Assembly (NCBI GenBank): GCA_023667245.1
Contig: JAMPAL010000003.1
Location: 34,173 to 98,172 of the forward strand
Reading direction: 5' to 3'
Origin: Anaeroplasma bactoclasticum
Lineage (GTDB): Bacteria; Bacillota_I; Bacilli_A; ML615J-28; CAG-313
Length of the DNA: 64,000 nt
Below are positions 49,657 to 59,474 of the stretch, one piece after another. A program made the position numbers and the translations under genes. Under the pieces are notes generated by a model, which saw only the letters and a program-made list of their open reading frames with translations, searched no databases and was not told the origin of the DNA. Position 1 is the stretch's first letter. Each line of letters starts with the position of its first letter.

Positions 49657-50445
49657 CTAAATATATTTTTTGTCCTTTAAAATTTCTATCAGTCGATCAA
49701 CTTGTTCAGGTACACTTCCTTCAAGCACAATTTTATCTGTATTTCTTTCTGGTGGAAACATTCTTTCTACTTGAGTAGGAGATCCTTTGAGTCCATAATG
49801 GTTTTCATCTTGATCCATAACATCTTGGAACGTAATCATTGGTATATTGATATTTTCCATAGATTTTCCTCTCTTATATGATGGCAAGCGTGGTGTCACA
49901 TGCCCTTTATCTATCGTAATCAAGCATGGATACATCACCTCAAATGTTTCAATTGTTTTATCCATAGATGCACGAACTACAATTGATTTTTCTTTCACTT
50001 CTAATACTTTTTCCACATAAGCAATATGCGGAATACCTAGGTACTCTGCCATCTCTGCACCTACTTGAGCAGTATCACCATCTGTTGTTTGTTTCCCACA
50101 AACAATCAAATCAAAATCGCCTAATTTGCGAATTCCTTGGCTAATCGTGTATGCTGTAGCAACAACATCGGCACCACCAAATTTGCGATCACTAATCAGC
50201 ATCGCCTCATCACACCCCATCCAAAGAGATTCTTGTAATACTGCTTTTGCAGGTGGAGGTCCCATTGTAATAGTTTTAACTGTTGCACCAGTTTGTTCTT
50301 TAATGCGTAAAGCAGTTTCGATTCCATACAAATCATATGGATTCATTTTTGTATTATTTCCATCCCGAATTAAAACGCCTGTAACTGGATCAATTTTAAC
50401 ATCTGATGAGGCTGGAACTTGTTTGATACATACAACAATATTCAT
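49657..50445 (-). CDS. etfB: electron transfer flavoprotein beta subunit
   Basis: 262 aa: MNIVVCIKQVP...DLIVCGKQTTDGDTAQVG, an EtfB signature. Confidence 0.85.
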   Translation of the reverse strand: MNIVVCIKQVPASSDVKIDPVTGVLIRDGNNTKMNPYDLYGIETALRIKEQTGATVKTITMGPPPAKAVLQESLWMGCDEAMLISDRKFGGADVVATAYTISQGIRKLGDFDLIVCGKQTTDGDTAQVGAEMAEYLGIPHIAYVEKVLEVKEKSIVVRASMDKTIETFEVMYPCLITIDKGHVTPRLPSYKRGKSMENINIPMITFQDVMDQDENHYGLKGSPTQVERMFPPERNTDKIVLEGSVPEQVDRLIEILKDKKYI

Positions 50446-50458
50446 ATTTTTTCCTTCC

Positions 50459-51196
50459 CTATTTTAAAAATTCTGTTACTTTTTGATGAATAATCTGCCG
50501 ATAGGCTACTTTTGCATAGCCATGTTCAGAACCATCTACTAAAATATATTCACTATTTGGATATAAATCGTCATACCGTTTACTATATGTTGGCGGAACC
50601 GCTTGATCACAAGATCCTTGTATAATCAGTACTGGTTTAGTAAACTTCTCAATATCTTTATACATATCATACCCTTCAAACGATTTTTGAATAGCACTAT
50701 TCATATAATAGCCTCCCATATCAATATTGCCATCTAAATTCATTTGACTTTGCGTAAAGCGTTTTTGGATAATTTCTGGAATATTGCCAGCTGGAGAAAG
50801 TAATATCAGTTTCTCTATTCGATCCTGAACGAGCAAAGAAACCCTACTAGCAATAGCCCCCCCCATTGAAAAACCAAGCAAAACAATGGGTCTACATTGA
50901 TTCAATTGATATGCTTCTTCAATGATAGCTAGACCATCTTCTATTTCAGTAAATAACGTATAATCGGTAAAATCACCATCGCTTTCCCCGTTTCCCATAA
51001 AATCATAGCGCAAAGTGGCAATATGCTGCTCTACCAAAGTTTTTGTCAATTGCTTAAACAAATAGCCATGTTCATTTTTATGTCCTGTAAAACCATGAAA
51101 CATCACTACTATTGTTTTGTAATCATCCTCTGGCCTAGAAAATAAGCCTCTCAAGATATATCCATTTACTTCTAATGCTTTTTGTTCAATTATCAT
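50459..51196 (-). CDS. alpha/beta-fold hydrolase (serine esterase/peptidase S33-like)
   Basis: 245 aa with an HGFTGH oxyanion region, the nucleophile elbow GFSMGG, and a C-terminal Asp/His (GSEHGY). Confidence 0.7.
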   Translation of the reverse strand: MIIEQKALEVNGYILRGLFSRPEDDYKTIVVMFHGFTGHKNEHGYLFKQLTKTLVEQHIATLRYDFMGNGESDGDFTDYTLFTEIEDGLAIIEEAYQLNQCRPIVLLGFSMGGAIASRVSLLVQDRIEKLILLSPAGNIPEIIQKRFTQSQMNLDGNIDMGGYYMNSAIQKSFEGYDMYKDIEKFTKPVLIIQGSCDQAVPPTYSKRYDDLYPNSEYILVDGSEHGYAKVAYRQIIHQKVTEFLK

Positions 51197-52116
51197 TTTA
51201 TATGTCCTCGTTGTTCTAAAGAAGCAATTGCCTTTCGAATATTTCCGTTATTCTCAAATAACAATTGTTGTATTTCCTCTTCATTTTCAATATTTGTTAA
51301 ATAAGATAGAATCACACCTTTTACAGTTTGATAGCGATTTAACGCCTCTTTTGCATCGGCTTCTTCATATCCTGTTACTTCTTTTATCATATATAGCATT
51401 CTTGCAACCAATTTTTGATTGGTAGGTTGCAAATCCACCATTAAGTTTTCATATACTTTACCTAGTCGAATCATCGCAGTAGTTGTTATCATATTACAAA
51501 TTAATTTTTGGGCAGTTCCAGATTTCATTCTAGTAGAACCTGTTATGGGCTCTGGACCAGTAATTGCTTCAATTGGATAATCTACAATATTAGCTAATTT
51601 ACTCGTTGAAGCTGTTGTAATGCAACCTGTTTTGCAACCGATTTGTTTCGCATAGCGCATACCTGATAAGACATAAGGTGTTCTCCCGCTTGCCGCAATA
51701 CCAACAACAAAGTCCTTTGAATGTATGTGTATACGATCTAAATCTATTTTTGCAAGTTCTTCAGAATCTTCTGCTCCTTCTACTGCAGTTATCAAAGCAT
51801 CCACTCCCCCCGCAATCAATCCTACCACCATATTTTTATCTACCCCATATGTAGGAGGGCACTCTGATGCATCAAGAATGCCTAATCTACCCGAGGTCCC
51901 TGCTCCCATATAAATCAATCTTCCCCCTAATTGAAAAGTGAGGACAAGCGCATCAACTAAATCTGTTATTTGTGGAATTGCTTGTTCAATGACAAAAGGA
52001 ATAGTTTTATCTTCATTATTGATTTTCTTCAATATTTCCATTGTTGAAACTCGATCAATATCCATTGTATTTGGATTTCTCGTTTCAGTTGTAATTTTCT
52101 TTAAATTTATTTCCAT
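51193..52116 (-). CDS. murQ: N-acetylmuramic acid 6-phosphate etherase
   Basis: 307 aa with a SIS domain: LIYMGAGTSGRLGILDASECPPTYGV...GIAASGRTPYV, a MurQ signature. Confidence 0.9.
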   Translation of the reverse strand: MEINLKKITTETRNPNTMDIDRVSTMEILKKINNEDKTIPFVIEQAIPQITDLVDALVLTFQLGGRLIYMGAGTSGRLGILDASECPPTYGVDKNMVVGLIAGGVDALITAVEGAEDSEELAKIDLDRIHIHSKDFVVGIAASGRTPYVLSGMRYAKQIGCKTGCITTASTSKLANIVDYPIEAITGPEPITGSTRMKSGTAQKLICNMITTTAMIRLGKVYENLMVDLQPTNQKLVARMLYMIKEVTGYEEADAKEALNRYQTVKGVILSYLTNIENEEEIQQLLFENNGNIRKAIASLEQRGHIK

Positions 52117-53255
52117 ATATTCTCCTTACAAGGTGGATAAGTGATATTCCCTAAGACAACAGAGTGCTTGGCACCAGTCACACTTTTTACATTTGAAGGC
52201 TTTTGCAATATAGTCATATGGCCAAGAATTGCAAACCCAAATGCTTCATATGCATCTGTCCTCTCCTCCACTATAACATCTATTCCCAATTTTTGCTTGA
52301 ATATCTCTAAGATAAATGCATTATGCGCTCCACCGCCTGAAACAATCAATTCATCAATGGGACCTAAAAAACGTTGATATTGATCAATAATGGAATAAGC
52401 AGTAAACGCAGTAAGGGTTGCAATGATGTCTTCATTTCTTTGACCTAATCTTCTCATTTTGTCTATAATCCCATTCAAAAAAACATCATTATATTTTTCT
52501 CTTCCCGTACTCTTTGGATAAGTTGCTTTAAAATAATCATCTGCTAATAACTCTTGCAACATCCCTTTATGAATAATGCCACTTTTTGCAATCTGACCTT
52601 CATTATCAAAGGGTAAGCGATATAATTTTTGCATTGCACCATCAATAAGCATATTTCCAGGCCCTGTGTCAAAAGCAATTACATCCTCTATTGTCCCGTT
52701 TTGTTTTAAATAGCATACATTACCAATTCCACCAATATTTTGCAATGCAATATTTTTCGTTTTACTTTGATATAACAAATGATTCACAAATGGAATAAGC
52801 GGTGCCCCACTGCCACCAGCTGCCATATCCATTGTTCTAAAATTGCTAATCACCATTTTATTAAAGCGATAAGCTAAGATGCTAGGATCACCGATTTGTA
52901 GTGTAGATGAAGCATACCCATCCATATGATTGGGATTATGCCAGATGGTCTGACCATGCATTGCAATATAATTTACATCTTCCATATTTATATTGTATTT
53001 TTCAATAAACTGGGAAAGCGCATCTGCATAGGCCTCACTGACCTCCACATTTAAACTGCAAATTTTTTGCACATTAGAGGTTGATAAATTACTAGCCTCT
53101 TGAATTTTTTGAACCAATTCTTTTATATATGGATATGTTTGAAAAGCAAGAATCGTATATTCAAACGATTCGCTTTGTTGGATTATATTCACTAAACAAA
53201 TATCTATGCCATCTAATGAAGTCCCACTCATCATTCCGATTGATTTCATTTTCAT
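52107..53255 (-). CDS. anmK: anhydro-N-acetylmuramic acid kinase
   Basis: 382 aa: IGMMSGTSLDGIDICLV...QNIGGIGNV...FDTGPGNMLID, an AnmK signature. Confidence 0.85.
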   Translation of the reverse strand: MKMKSIGMMSGTSLDGIDICLVNIIQQSESFEYTILAFQTYPYIKELVQKIQEASNLSTSNVQKICSLNVEVSEAYADALSQFIEKYNINMEDVNYIAMHGQTIWHNPNHMDGYASSTLQIGDPSILAYRFNKMVISNFRTMDMAAGGSGAPLIPFVNHLLYQSKTKNIALQNIGGIGNVCYLKQNGTIEDVIAFDTGPGNMLIDGAMQKLYRLPFDNEGQIAKSGIIHKGMLQELLADDYFKATYPKSTGREKYNDVFLNGIIDKMRRLGQRNEDIIATLTAFTAYSIIDQYQRFLGPIDELIVSGGGAHNAFILEIFKQKLGIDVIVEERTDAYEAFGFAILGHMTILQKPSNVKSVTGAKHSVVLGNITYPPCKENIWK

Positions 53256-54178
53256 CCCATCCTATTCTGTTTCATATTATAACATGCTCTTCTGTAAACA
53301 CCTAACATTTGATGGATTATAGACTCCTCAAATGTTAGGTCAATATTCCTTTGTTTGAAATAGTCATGAATACCCTTTATAATATATTGTCCTTCATATT
53401 CTAAAAATCCTCCACGCAATCCGATTTTTGTTTTGGGGGAAATAGACAACCATTGAATCAAATGCTCGACTTGTTTTCCCAGTAATACTCCTTGCGTATA
53501 GAGCAAATTTTTTGCATGTAAATCTCCGTTTTGTGCACAAGACTTGATATAAATACTCCATTTTGCGATTTCATCTTTTGTATGTTGATAAAATAAATGG
53601 TTTAAATCTCTTATATTTTCAAAACCTAGCGCGTCTAGAAAACCCTTTTCCAATTGATCTAATTCCTTCCCCGATTCATATTTATCAATCATCTCAACTG
53701 CTAAATCATGAACAATAGCATATGCACTTCCAGATTCTCTAATCAAATGTCCCCATCCACCAATCAACTGACTTTTTCCATCACGTTCACCATATATGGC
53801 AACACCAGTTCCTGATATAACTACAATACCACTAGTATCATTTTCTTCTATGACTGAATATAATGCTGTTACTGTATCACTTGTGATTTCACATATTGTC
53901 TGATACTTTTTTTCAAAGAAATCATCCATTTCCCGATGGGATGAAAGTGCACTAATACCCGAAACGCCCATTTCTATGTATTCAATTTCAATTTCTTCTG
54001 CAGATAATTTAGACAATGCCAGTTGAATGGTATCATCAATATGTTGATACCAATGCTGTATATCTACTGCGGGAGAACCTGGTTTTCCAATACCAGTTGT
54101 AAGTATCTTTCCCTTGCAATCAAAAATAGCTACTTTCGTTGAGGTACCACCTGCATCTACACATATACATACCTTCAT
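53252..54178 (-). CDS. BadF/BadG/BcrA/BcrD-type ATPase (putative MurNAc/GlcNAc kinase, MurK-like)
   Basis: 308 aa with an ASKHA-fold N-terminus (CICVDAGGTSTKVAIFD) and ISGTG. It lies between anmK and the DUF871 gene. Confidence 0.65.
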   Translation of the reverse strand: MKVCICVDAGGTSTKVAIFDCKGKILTTGIGKPGSPAVDIQHWYQHIDDTIQLALSKLSAEEIEIEYIEMGVSGISALSSHREMDDFFEKKYQTICEITSDTVTALYSVIEENDTSGIVVISGTGVAIYGERDGKSQLIGGWGHLIRESGSAYAIVHDLAVEMIDKYESGKELDQLEKGFLDALGFENIRDLNHLFYQHTKDEIAKWSIYIKSCAQNGDLHAKNLLYTQGVLLGKQVEHLIQWLSISPKTKIGLRGGFLEYEGQYIIKGIHDYFKQRNIDLTFEESIIHQMLGVYRRACYNMKQNRMG

Positions 54179-54181
54179 ATC

Positions 54182-55222
54182 TTATATATCATCCATTATA
54201 AACATAAATTGTTTTTGCTGTCGAATTTCATCTAAAATGAATTCACTTATTTCTATATGTCCTACTACATTAACTCGTTCATCCCTAGGTAAAGATTGAA
54301 GGACAATGTTGATTTCTCCCTTATAACGGAGAAAGTCTTGATTGTCAATTGTGATATCTCCCCTTTTTCTTTCTACCATTTGAAAGGGAGGAAATGTCGC
54401 AATATTAGTTTTTGTGGAAACACGAAGCAATACATTATTAAAATCAGGACGTATCCGGTATATCCCTTTTAAATAATCCCGATACATTATAGGCAATTCA
54501 GACTTTAATTGAATGGGCAGTAAAATCAGTTTAGTTTGATGGTGAATAAGTTGTTTCAATTCTATCTCACTTGCATAGGCATCTCCAAAGTATATTTCAT
54601 CTATTCCAATAGCTTTCAGTTCTTCAATAGCCATATCTAAAGAACTATATCGATGTTCTTCTATGCTTGGTAGACCTTGATATAATGGAGGCCTATGCCC
54701 CACTTTTGATGGAAGAAATGCTCCGACTGATATACCATATTGATGATAATAATCTATACGCTCTTTGCAAAAAGCTATACTATGTCCTGTATAAAGTTTT
54801 GGGTAATAATTAAAACTAACGCGAACATGCTTTAAATTTAATCCTTTTTCAATGAGGTTTTCAAATCTATTATTGGAAAGTGTTGATGCATTGAGTTCGA
54901 CGAAAAAGGGTGCTTCTTGTGATAATTGAATGATATCATCATCGCTAAATCCATAATCTAATCTCAGTGCATACAAATTTTCTAAATAATCCATTTTGTC
55001 ATATGCAGATTTTGAAATATCTAAAGAAAACTTCATTTCGAGTTGTTTTGCCTTTTTCAAACAAACTTGTAAATCTTGATAATTTCTATCTGCCTCATTA
55101 ATATGTGCCGATGAAAAAATCATTTCTATTCCATTTTGTTTTGCTTTTTCCATATAGGCTAAATTGGTTTCTAAATCATAGTCTTTTAAACCATTGAAAA
55201 TGGAAATTCCTGACTTGTACAT
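54182..55222 (-). CDS. DUF871-family protein (putative 6-phospho-N-acetylmuramidase, MupG-like)
   Basis: 346 aa; the size and context suggest MupG. The family call rests on my recall of overall features, so it is only moderate. Confidence 0.5.
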   Translation of the reverse strand: MYKSGISIFNGLKDYDLETNLAYMEKAKQNGIEMIFSSAHINEADRNYQDLQVCLKKAKQLEMKFSLDISKSAYDKMDYLENLYALRLDYGFSDDDIIQLSQEAPFFVELNASTLSNNRFENLIEKGLNLKHVRVSFNYYPKLYTGHSIAFCKERIDYYHQYGISVGAFLPSKVGHRPPLYQGLPSIEEHRYSSLDMAIEELKAIGIDEIYFGDAYASEIELKQLIHHQTKLILLPIQLKSELPIMYRDYLKGIYRIRPDFNNVLLRVSTKTNIATFPPFQMVERKRGDITIDNQDFLRYKGEINIVLQSLPRDERVNVVGHIEISEFILDEIRQQKQFMFIMDDI

Positions 55223-55232
55223 AAAATACCTC

Positions 55233-56399
55233 TTAAAGCGTATAAATATAATATTTTTGACTCAATGTTTTAAAATCCTTTGAATACTTTTCAAGGCGAC
55301 GCAATTGCTCATCAAGTGGTACACTATTTTCGATAATGTCATCAGTACCCGCCTCAAATTGAAATAATCCTGGTCGTCCTTCTACATAGGGCTTATTAAG
55401 TTGAAAATATTGTGGATAAGTGGTGCGAATGTGATATAACATAGTCCAACTCGTTTTTACAGCTTCAAATGTATTTCGATCTGTAATATGTACATAGACT
55501 CCACCACATAATTCTCCTACGTACTTGGAAAAAGTAGGGGTAAAATATTGTGGTCTAAAATATACTCCAGGTAATTGATAACTATTCAACTCTTTTGCAA
55601 GTTTCTCTGATTTTAACCATGGTGCACCAATAAGTTCAAACGGTGTTGTTGTTCCTCTTCCTTCAGCTACATTTGTTCCTTCAAAAATACATGTTGCATT
55701 ATATACGTATGCGGTTTGAATCGTTGGAAGATTAGGAGTAGGAATAACCCATGGAAGTCCTGTATCTTCAAAGTCCATATTTCTTGTATAATTCATCATA
55801 GGAATAACCGTTAATTTACAATGTATACCATATTCTTCATTGAATAATTGAGCCAATTCCCCCATTGTCATGCCATGACGTTGAGCAATGGGATAATATC
55901 CAACAAATGACCGATATTTCTGAATATCGATTGTGTTTCCCTCTACCTTTGCACAATTGATTGGATTAGGTCTATCAAACACAACAAATTCCTTGTCATA
56001 TTCAGCACAAGCTTGCATACAATATGCCATTGTATAAATAAAGGTATAATATCTAGATCCACAATCTTGAATATCAATAGACATTATATCTACTTTATCC
56101 ATTACTTCTTTAGATGGCTTTTTAGATGAACCATAAAGGCTATATACAGTGATGCCAGTTTCCTCATCTATATAAGTCTCTAAATGTTGTCCTGCTTGAA
56201 TGCTTGCGCGAACACCATGTTCTGGTGAAAATAAGCCCACTAAATTAGTCTTTTCTTTCAAAATATCAATTGAAGAAGTAAAATTTCCATCAATTCCAGT
56301 TGGATTTGTAATTAATCCAATTCGTTTTCCCATAAATGTGTCTTTAAATTCATCAATTCTTTCAATTCCTAAAATGGTTCTTTTCTTTTGATTATTCAT
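55233..56399 (-). CDS. DUF1343-family protein (putative exo-beta-N-acetylmuramidase, NamZ/YbbC-like)
   Basis: 388 aa: GKRIGLITNPTGIDGNFTSSIDIL...LVGLFSPEHGVRA, the conserved N-terminal block of YbbC/NamZ proteins. Confidence 0.65.
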   Translation of the reverse strand: MNNQKKRTILGIERIDEFKDTFMGKRIGLITNPTGIDGNFTSSIDILKEKTNLVGLFSPEHGVRASIQAGQHLETYIDEETGITVYSLYGSSKKPSKEVMDKVDIMSIDIQDCGSRYYTFIYTMAYCMQACAEYDKEFVVFDRPNPINCAKVEGNTIDIQKYRSFVGYYPIAQRHGMTMGELAQLFNEEYGIHCKLTVIPMMNYTRNMDFEDTGLPWVIPTPNLPTIQTAYVYNATCIFEGTNVAEGRGTTTPFELIGAPWLKSEKLAKELNSYQLPGVYFRPQYFTPTFSKYVGELCGGVYVHITDRNTFEAVKTSWTMLYHIRTTYPQYFQLNKPYVEGRPGLFQFEAGTDDIIENSVPLDEQLRRLEKYSKDFKTLSQKYYIYTL

Positions 56400-57087
56400 C
56401 TTCTAATTCCTCCTCGATTTGTTTTGTGATTTTATCGAAATCAACTTTCTCAAACTGATAATATATAGGTTTTGTTATTTTGGTGATTAAAAATATAGGT
56501 AATGAAATGCCAATAATCATCCATACTGCAAGCAATCCTGGAATAGCTACACAAAGCAGTAATAATCCAACAATAATGCCAAAAGTAATCATCATTGCAA
56601 TTGTTGTAAATATATAGCGAAATGCCATGTAAAAAGAGGTTTTCACAATATCAACTTTACGCAACTTAGGTAGTATAATTATCAAATACGGAATATGCAC
56701 AACCGAAAATATGTAAATAATCAAACAAATAACCATAACTACTAGTCCTGCTTGTGCAATCCACTCCATTGAGCTTTGATGAAATTCTTGAAAAATCCAA
56801 AAAAAGAAAGCATAAATAATCATTGCCAAAATGAGTAATAAACATATTCCCAACAAAAATGATTTAACAAAATATTGTTTTACATTTCTAAAATAAGCTT
56901 TTATAATATTGCCCTCGGCTAAATCATTACGAATGGTTGCAACACATGCAACAAGCACAGGAAATATTGTAATAATTGGCATAGACAAAATAATTGTTAG
57001 AATATTTATGACCAATAGTTTATATAACAAATCAAAAAAACGATATGTTTTTGAGAAATATTTTTTATCATTTTCTTCTAGTTTCAT
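56392..57087 (-). CDS. DUF624 (YesL-like) integral membrane protein, first gene of the operon
   Basis: 231 aa, about 6 TM helices, with a YFSKTYRFFDLLYKLLVINILTIILSMP N-terminus typical of YesL-family proteins that accompany sugar transporters. Confidence 0.5.
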   Translation of the reverse strand: MKLEENDKKYFSKTYRFFDLLYKLLVINILTIILSMPIITIFPVLVACVATIRNDLAEGNIIKAYFRNVKQYFVKSFLLGICLLLILAMIIYAFFFWIFQEFHQSSMEWIAQAGLVVMVICLIIYIFSVVHIPYLIIILPKLRKVDIVKTSFYMAFRYIFTTIAMMITFGIIVGLLLLCVAIPGLLAVWMIIGISLPIFLITKITKPIYYQFEKVDFDKITKQIEEELEDE

Positions 57088-57127
57088 ATTTACCTCCTTT
57101 TTCGTAAGCGCTCACATTATTATATAT

Positions 57128-57136
57128 ATTATAACA
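57128..57136 (-). promoter_or_regulatory. possible extended -10 promoter element (TGtTATAAT) for the DUF624-murQ-etf operon
   Basis: The minus strand reads TGTTATAAT about 40 nt upstream of the DUF624 start. The -35 region is weak. Confidence 0.35.
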
Positions 57137-57163
57137 TAAAATCCTTTTTCTGTGTTGCATAAA

Positions 57164-57197
57164 GAAAAGAAAAAGTGATTCACGATTTCTGTGAATC
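57164..57197. terminator. bidirectional rho-independent terminator
   Basis: 9-bp inverted repeat gtgattcac / gtgaatcac with a T-run on the plus side and a T-rich tract on the minus side. It separates the lipoprotein gene from the downstream operon. Confidence 0.65.
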
Positions 57198-57222
57198 ACT
57201 TTTTTTCATTTTTAGATAGCTA

Positions 57223-59460
57223 CTATACTAAGTAACCCATGCTTCTCATTGTGTCACGATATTTTCCTACAATTGAATTTAATTCAGTAGCAGGAGAAAC
57301 ATCTGATTTTCTACAAATATTAGGGATAACAATCCACAATGCATCAGGTCCAAAGTGAGAACCACCACCAACACTCATACTTAATAATTCAGCCAATTCA
57401 AAGTAAGTTCTACCTTCAGTTGACATAATTACATCTGCATATAATGTGTTATCAAACTTAGTAATTAACCAGTTTCTATATGATTCTTCAGCAGATAAAG
57501 TTACTTTATCAGGGTCATCACCAAGTCCATCATATAAATCATACATAATTGCAAATAAGATTTTATTTGTAATACCATTTTTACCATTTTGTGTATCAAT
57601 AATAGAATAGCATGAAGTACTTCCGTAAGGAACTTGGAAACTTGAGCTACTTAAATCTAATCCGCTAATATAATCACCTGTTTCAGGATCTACTAATGGT
57701 TGTTCATTAGAAAGAATTGCATTTTGTTGTCTGCTTGTAGTAATTGTTGTTCCGCCTTGACCATCAGCAGTTGGATAGGGTACGCAACCAATTTCAAAAT
57801 CACAAACACCAAAACGTGTAGTATCACCTAAGAACCAAAGATCTCCATGATGGAATACAGATTGGCCAGCAGCAAATGAGGTAGCTACATCAGAAACACC
57901 ACGAGAACCATCATATAAATTACTAGTAGTTAATCTTTGAATAGCACTGAATCTATTCAATGTGCTTGTAGAAGTTAAGTTCAACATTGGAGGAGTCATA
58001 CCATCTCCAGGAGTGGCAATTGATCCACCAGTAGATGCCACTGAACCAATTAAGAATTCAGGGTATCCCATTGCTAATGCTTTATATTCAGTACCTTTTG
58101 CAGCTAATTTAGTTTGAAGTTCATTTGCATAACTTTCAAATGTAGACCAAGTCCATTTTCCTTTAAACCAAAGTTCAGCAGGATTTTCCATACCCATTTC
58201 TTCTATTAATTCAACATTGAAATACATAAAGTAATCAGAATGTACACTTCCTTGAATATATCCATATACTTTATTTCCTGATGAAGCAACTTGGTTATTT
58301 GTCATATCTTGATGATAAGTATGATTTGTACCATCCCATACACCTGATTCAACTTCTTCATAACCAATTTCAGCAAAAATACCTGTTTGTGTACTCATAT
58401 CATATAATTCGGCTAAACAGTTAGCACCAACTAGTGTTGGAATCCATGAAGATGCAATATTGATAATATATTGGTCTTTACTTTGTAATTCTCCATTAGG
58501 GCCTTTATCCTTGATATATTTTACGCGGTCAGGTCCCCAAGGTGCTGAGTTATCCCAATCTTGATATTCAATTTGAATTTGATATTTTCTTTCAACTTCT
58601 CTTTCTTGTTGTTGTCTAATTCTTTGATCACTTGCACTATAACCATCATCAAATGGGTCATAAGAAGATTTTGGAAGTACAAGAATAACCACTTTCATAT
58701 TTCTTCCTTGCCATCCGCCAACTTGTTGCGCAGGTTCCCACTTTGGTGTATATACAGTAGTTCCTCCATCTTGTTTCCATGTTGCAACTAATGTAATATT
58801 TTCGCTAATAGTTTGATTTTGATTAAATGATTCTCCATTTAATGTCCAACCTTGGAAAGTATACCCACTCTTAGTAGGATTTGCTGGTAATGTTAATTTA
58901 TCACCTTTTTTAAGAGTGACTGGAGTAATATTACTACCACCATCTGTATTAAATGTTACAGTTACAGTTTCTACACCTGCTTGTGCTTTCCATTCAGCAG
59001 TCAGTGTAATATTACCAGTTACTGTAGCATTAAAGTCATAATCTGCACCGTTTAATTTCCAACCAACAAAATCATATCCACTTCTTGTAGGATCTGCTGG
59101 TTTTTGTACTTTTCCATTTACACTTACTTGTACTGAAGCAATTGTACTACCACCAGCAGTGTCAAATGTTACAGTATAAGTAGTTGCTGTATTTTGATCC
59201 CATTTTGCTTTCAAAGTAATATTTTCTTGAATAGCCGTACCAAAGTTAAATTTTGAACCATCTTTTTCCCAATAAGCGAAAGTATAGCCTTCTCTTGTAG
59301 GATCAGCTGGTTTTGTAACATATTTACCCTTTTTCACTTCTTGCGTTTCTACACTAGACCCGCCATTACTATCAAAAGTGACTTTAAACTTTTTAGAACA
59401 ACTTGTTAAAGTAAAAAGAGTAAATAAAGCAATCACTAGAATAAAAAATCTTCTCTTCAT
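57223..59460 (-). CDS. lipoprotein with three List-Bact repeats and a large C-terminal solute-binding-protein-like domain
   Basis: Lipobox LTSC. Three repeats (GYTFAYWEKDG, GYDFVGWKLNG, GYTFQGWTLNG). A roughly 480-aa C-terminal domain resembles family-1 extracellular SBPs (uncertain). Confidence 0.55.
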   Translation of the reverse strand: MKRRFFILVIALFTLFTLTSCSKKFKVTFDSNGGSSVETQEVKKGKYVTKPADPTREGYTFAYWEKDGSKFNFGTAIQENITLKAKWDQNTATTYTVTFDTAGGSTIASVQVSVNGKVQKPADPTRSGYDFVGWKLNGADYDFNATVTGNITLTAEWKAQAGVETVTVTFNTDGGSNITPVTLKKGDKLTLPANPTKSGYTFQGWTLNGESFNQNQTISENITLVATWKQDGGTTVYTPKWEPAQQVGGWQGRNMKVVILVLPKSSYDPFDDGYSASDQRIRQQQEREVERKYQIQIEYQDWDNSAPWGPDRVKYIKDKGPNGELQSKDQYIINIASSWIPTLVGANCLAELYDMSTQTGIFAEIGYEEVESGVWDGTNHTYHQDMTNNQVASSGNKVYGYIQGSVHSDYFMYFNVELIEEMGMENPAELWFKGKWTWSTFESYANELQTKLAAKGTEYKALAMGYPEFLIGSVASTGGSIATPGDGMTPPMLNLTSTSTLNRFSAIQRLTTSNLYDGSRGVSDVATSFAAGQSVFHHGDLWFLGDTTRFGVCDFEIGCVPYPTADGQGGTTITTSRQQNAILSNEQPLVDPETGDYISGLDLSSSSFQVPYGSTSCYSIIDTQNGKNGITNKILFAIMYDLYDGLGDDPDKVTLSAEESYRNWLITKFDNTLYADVIMSTEGRTYFELAELLSMSVGGGSHFGPDALWIVIPNICRKSDVSPATELNSIVGKYRDTMRSMGYLV

Positions 59461-59474
59461 ATTTAATCCTTTCT

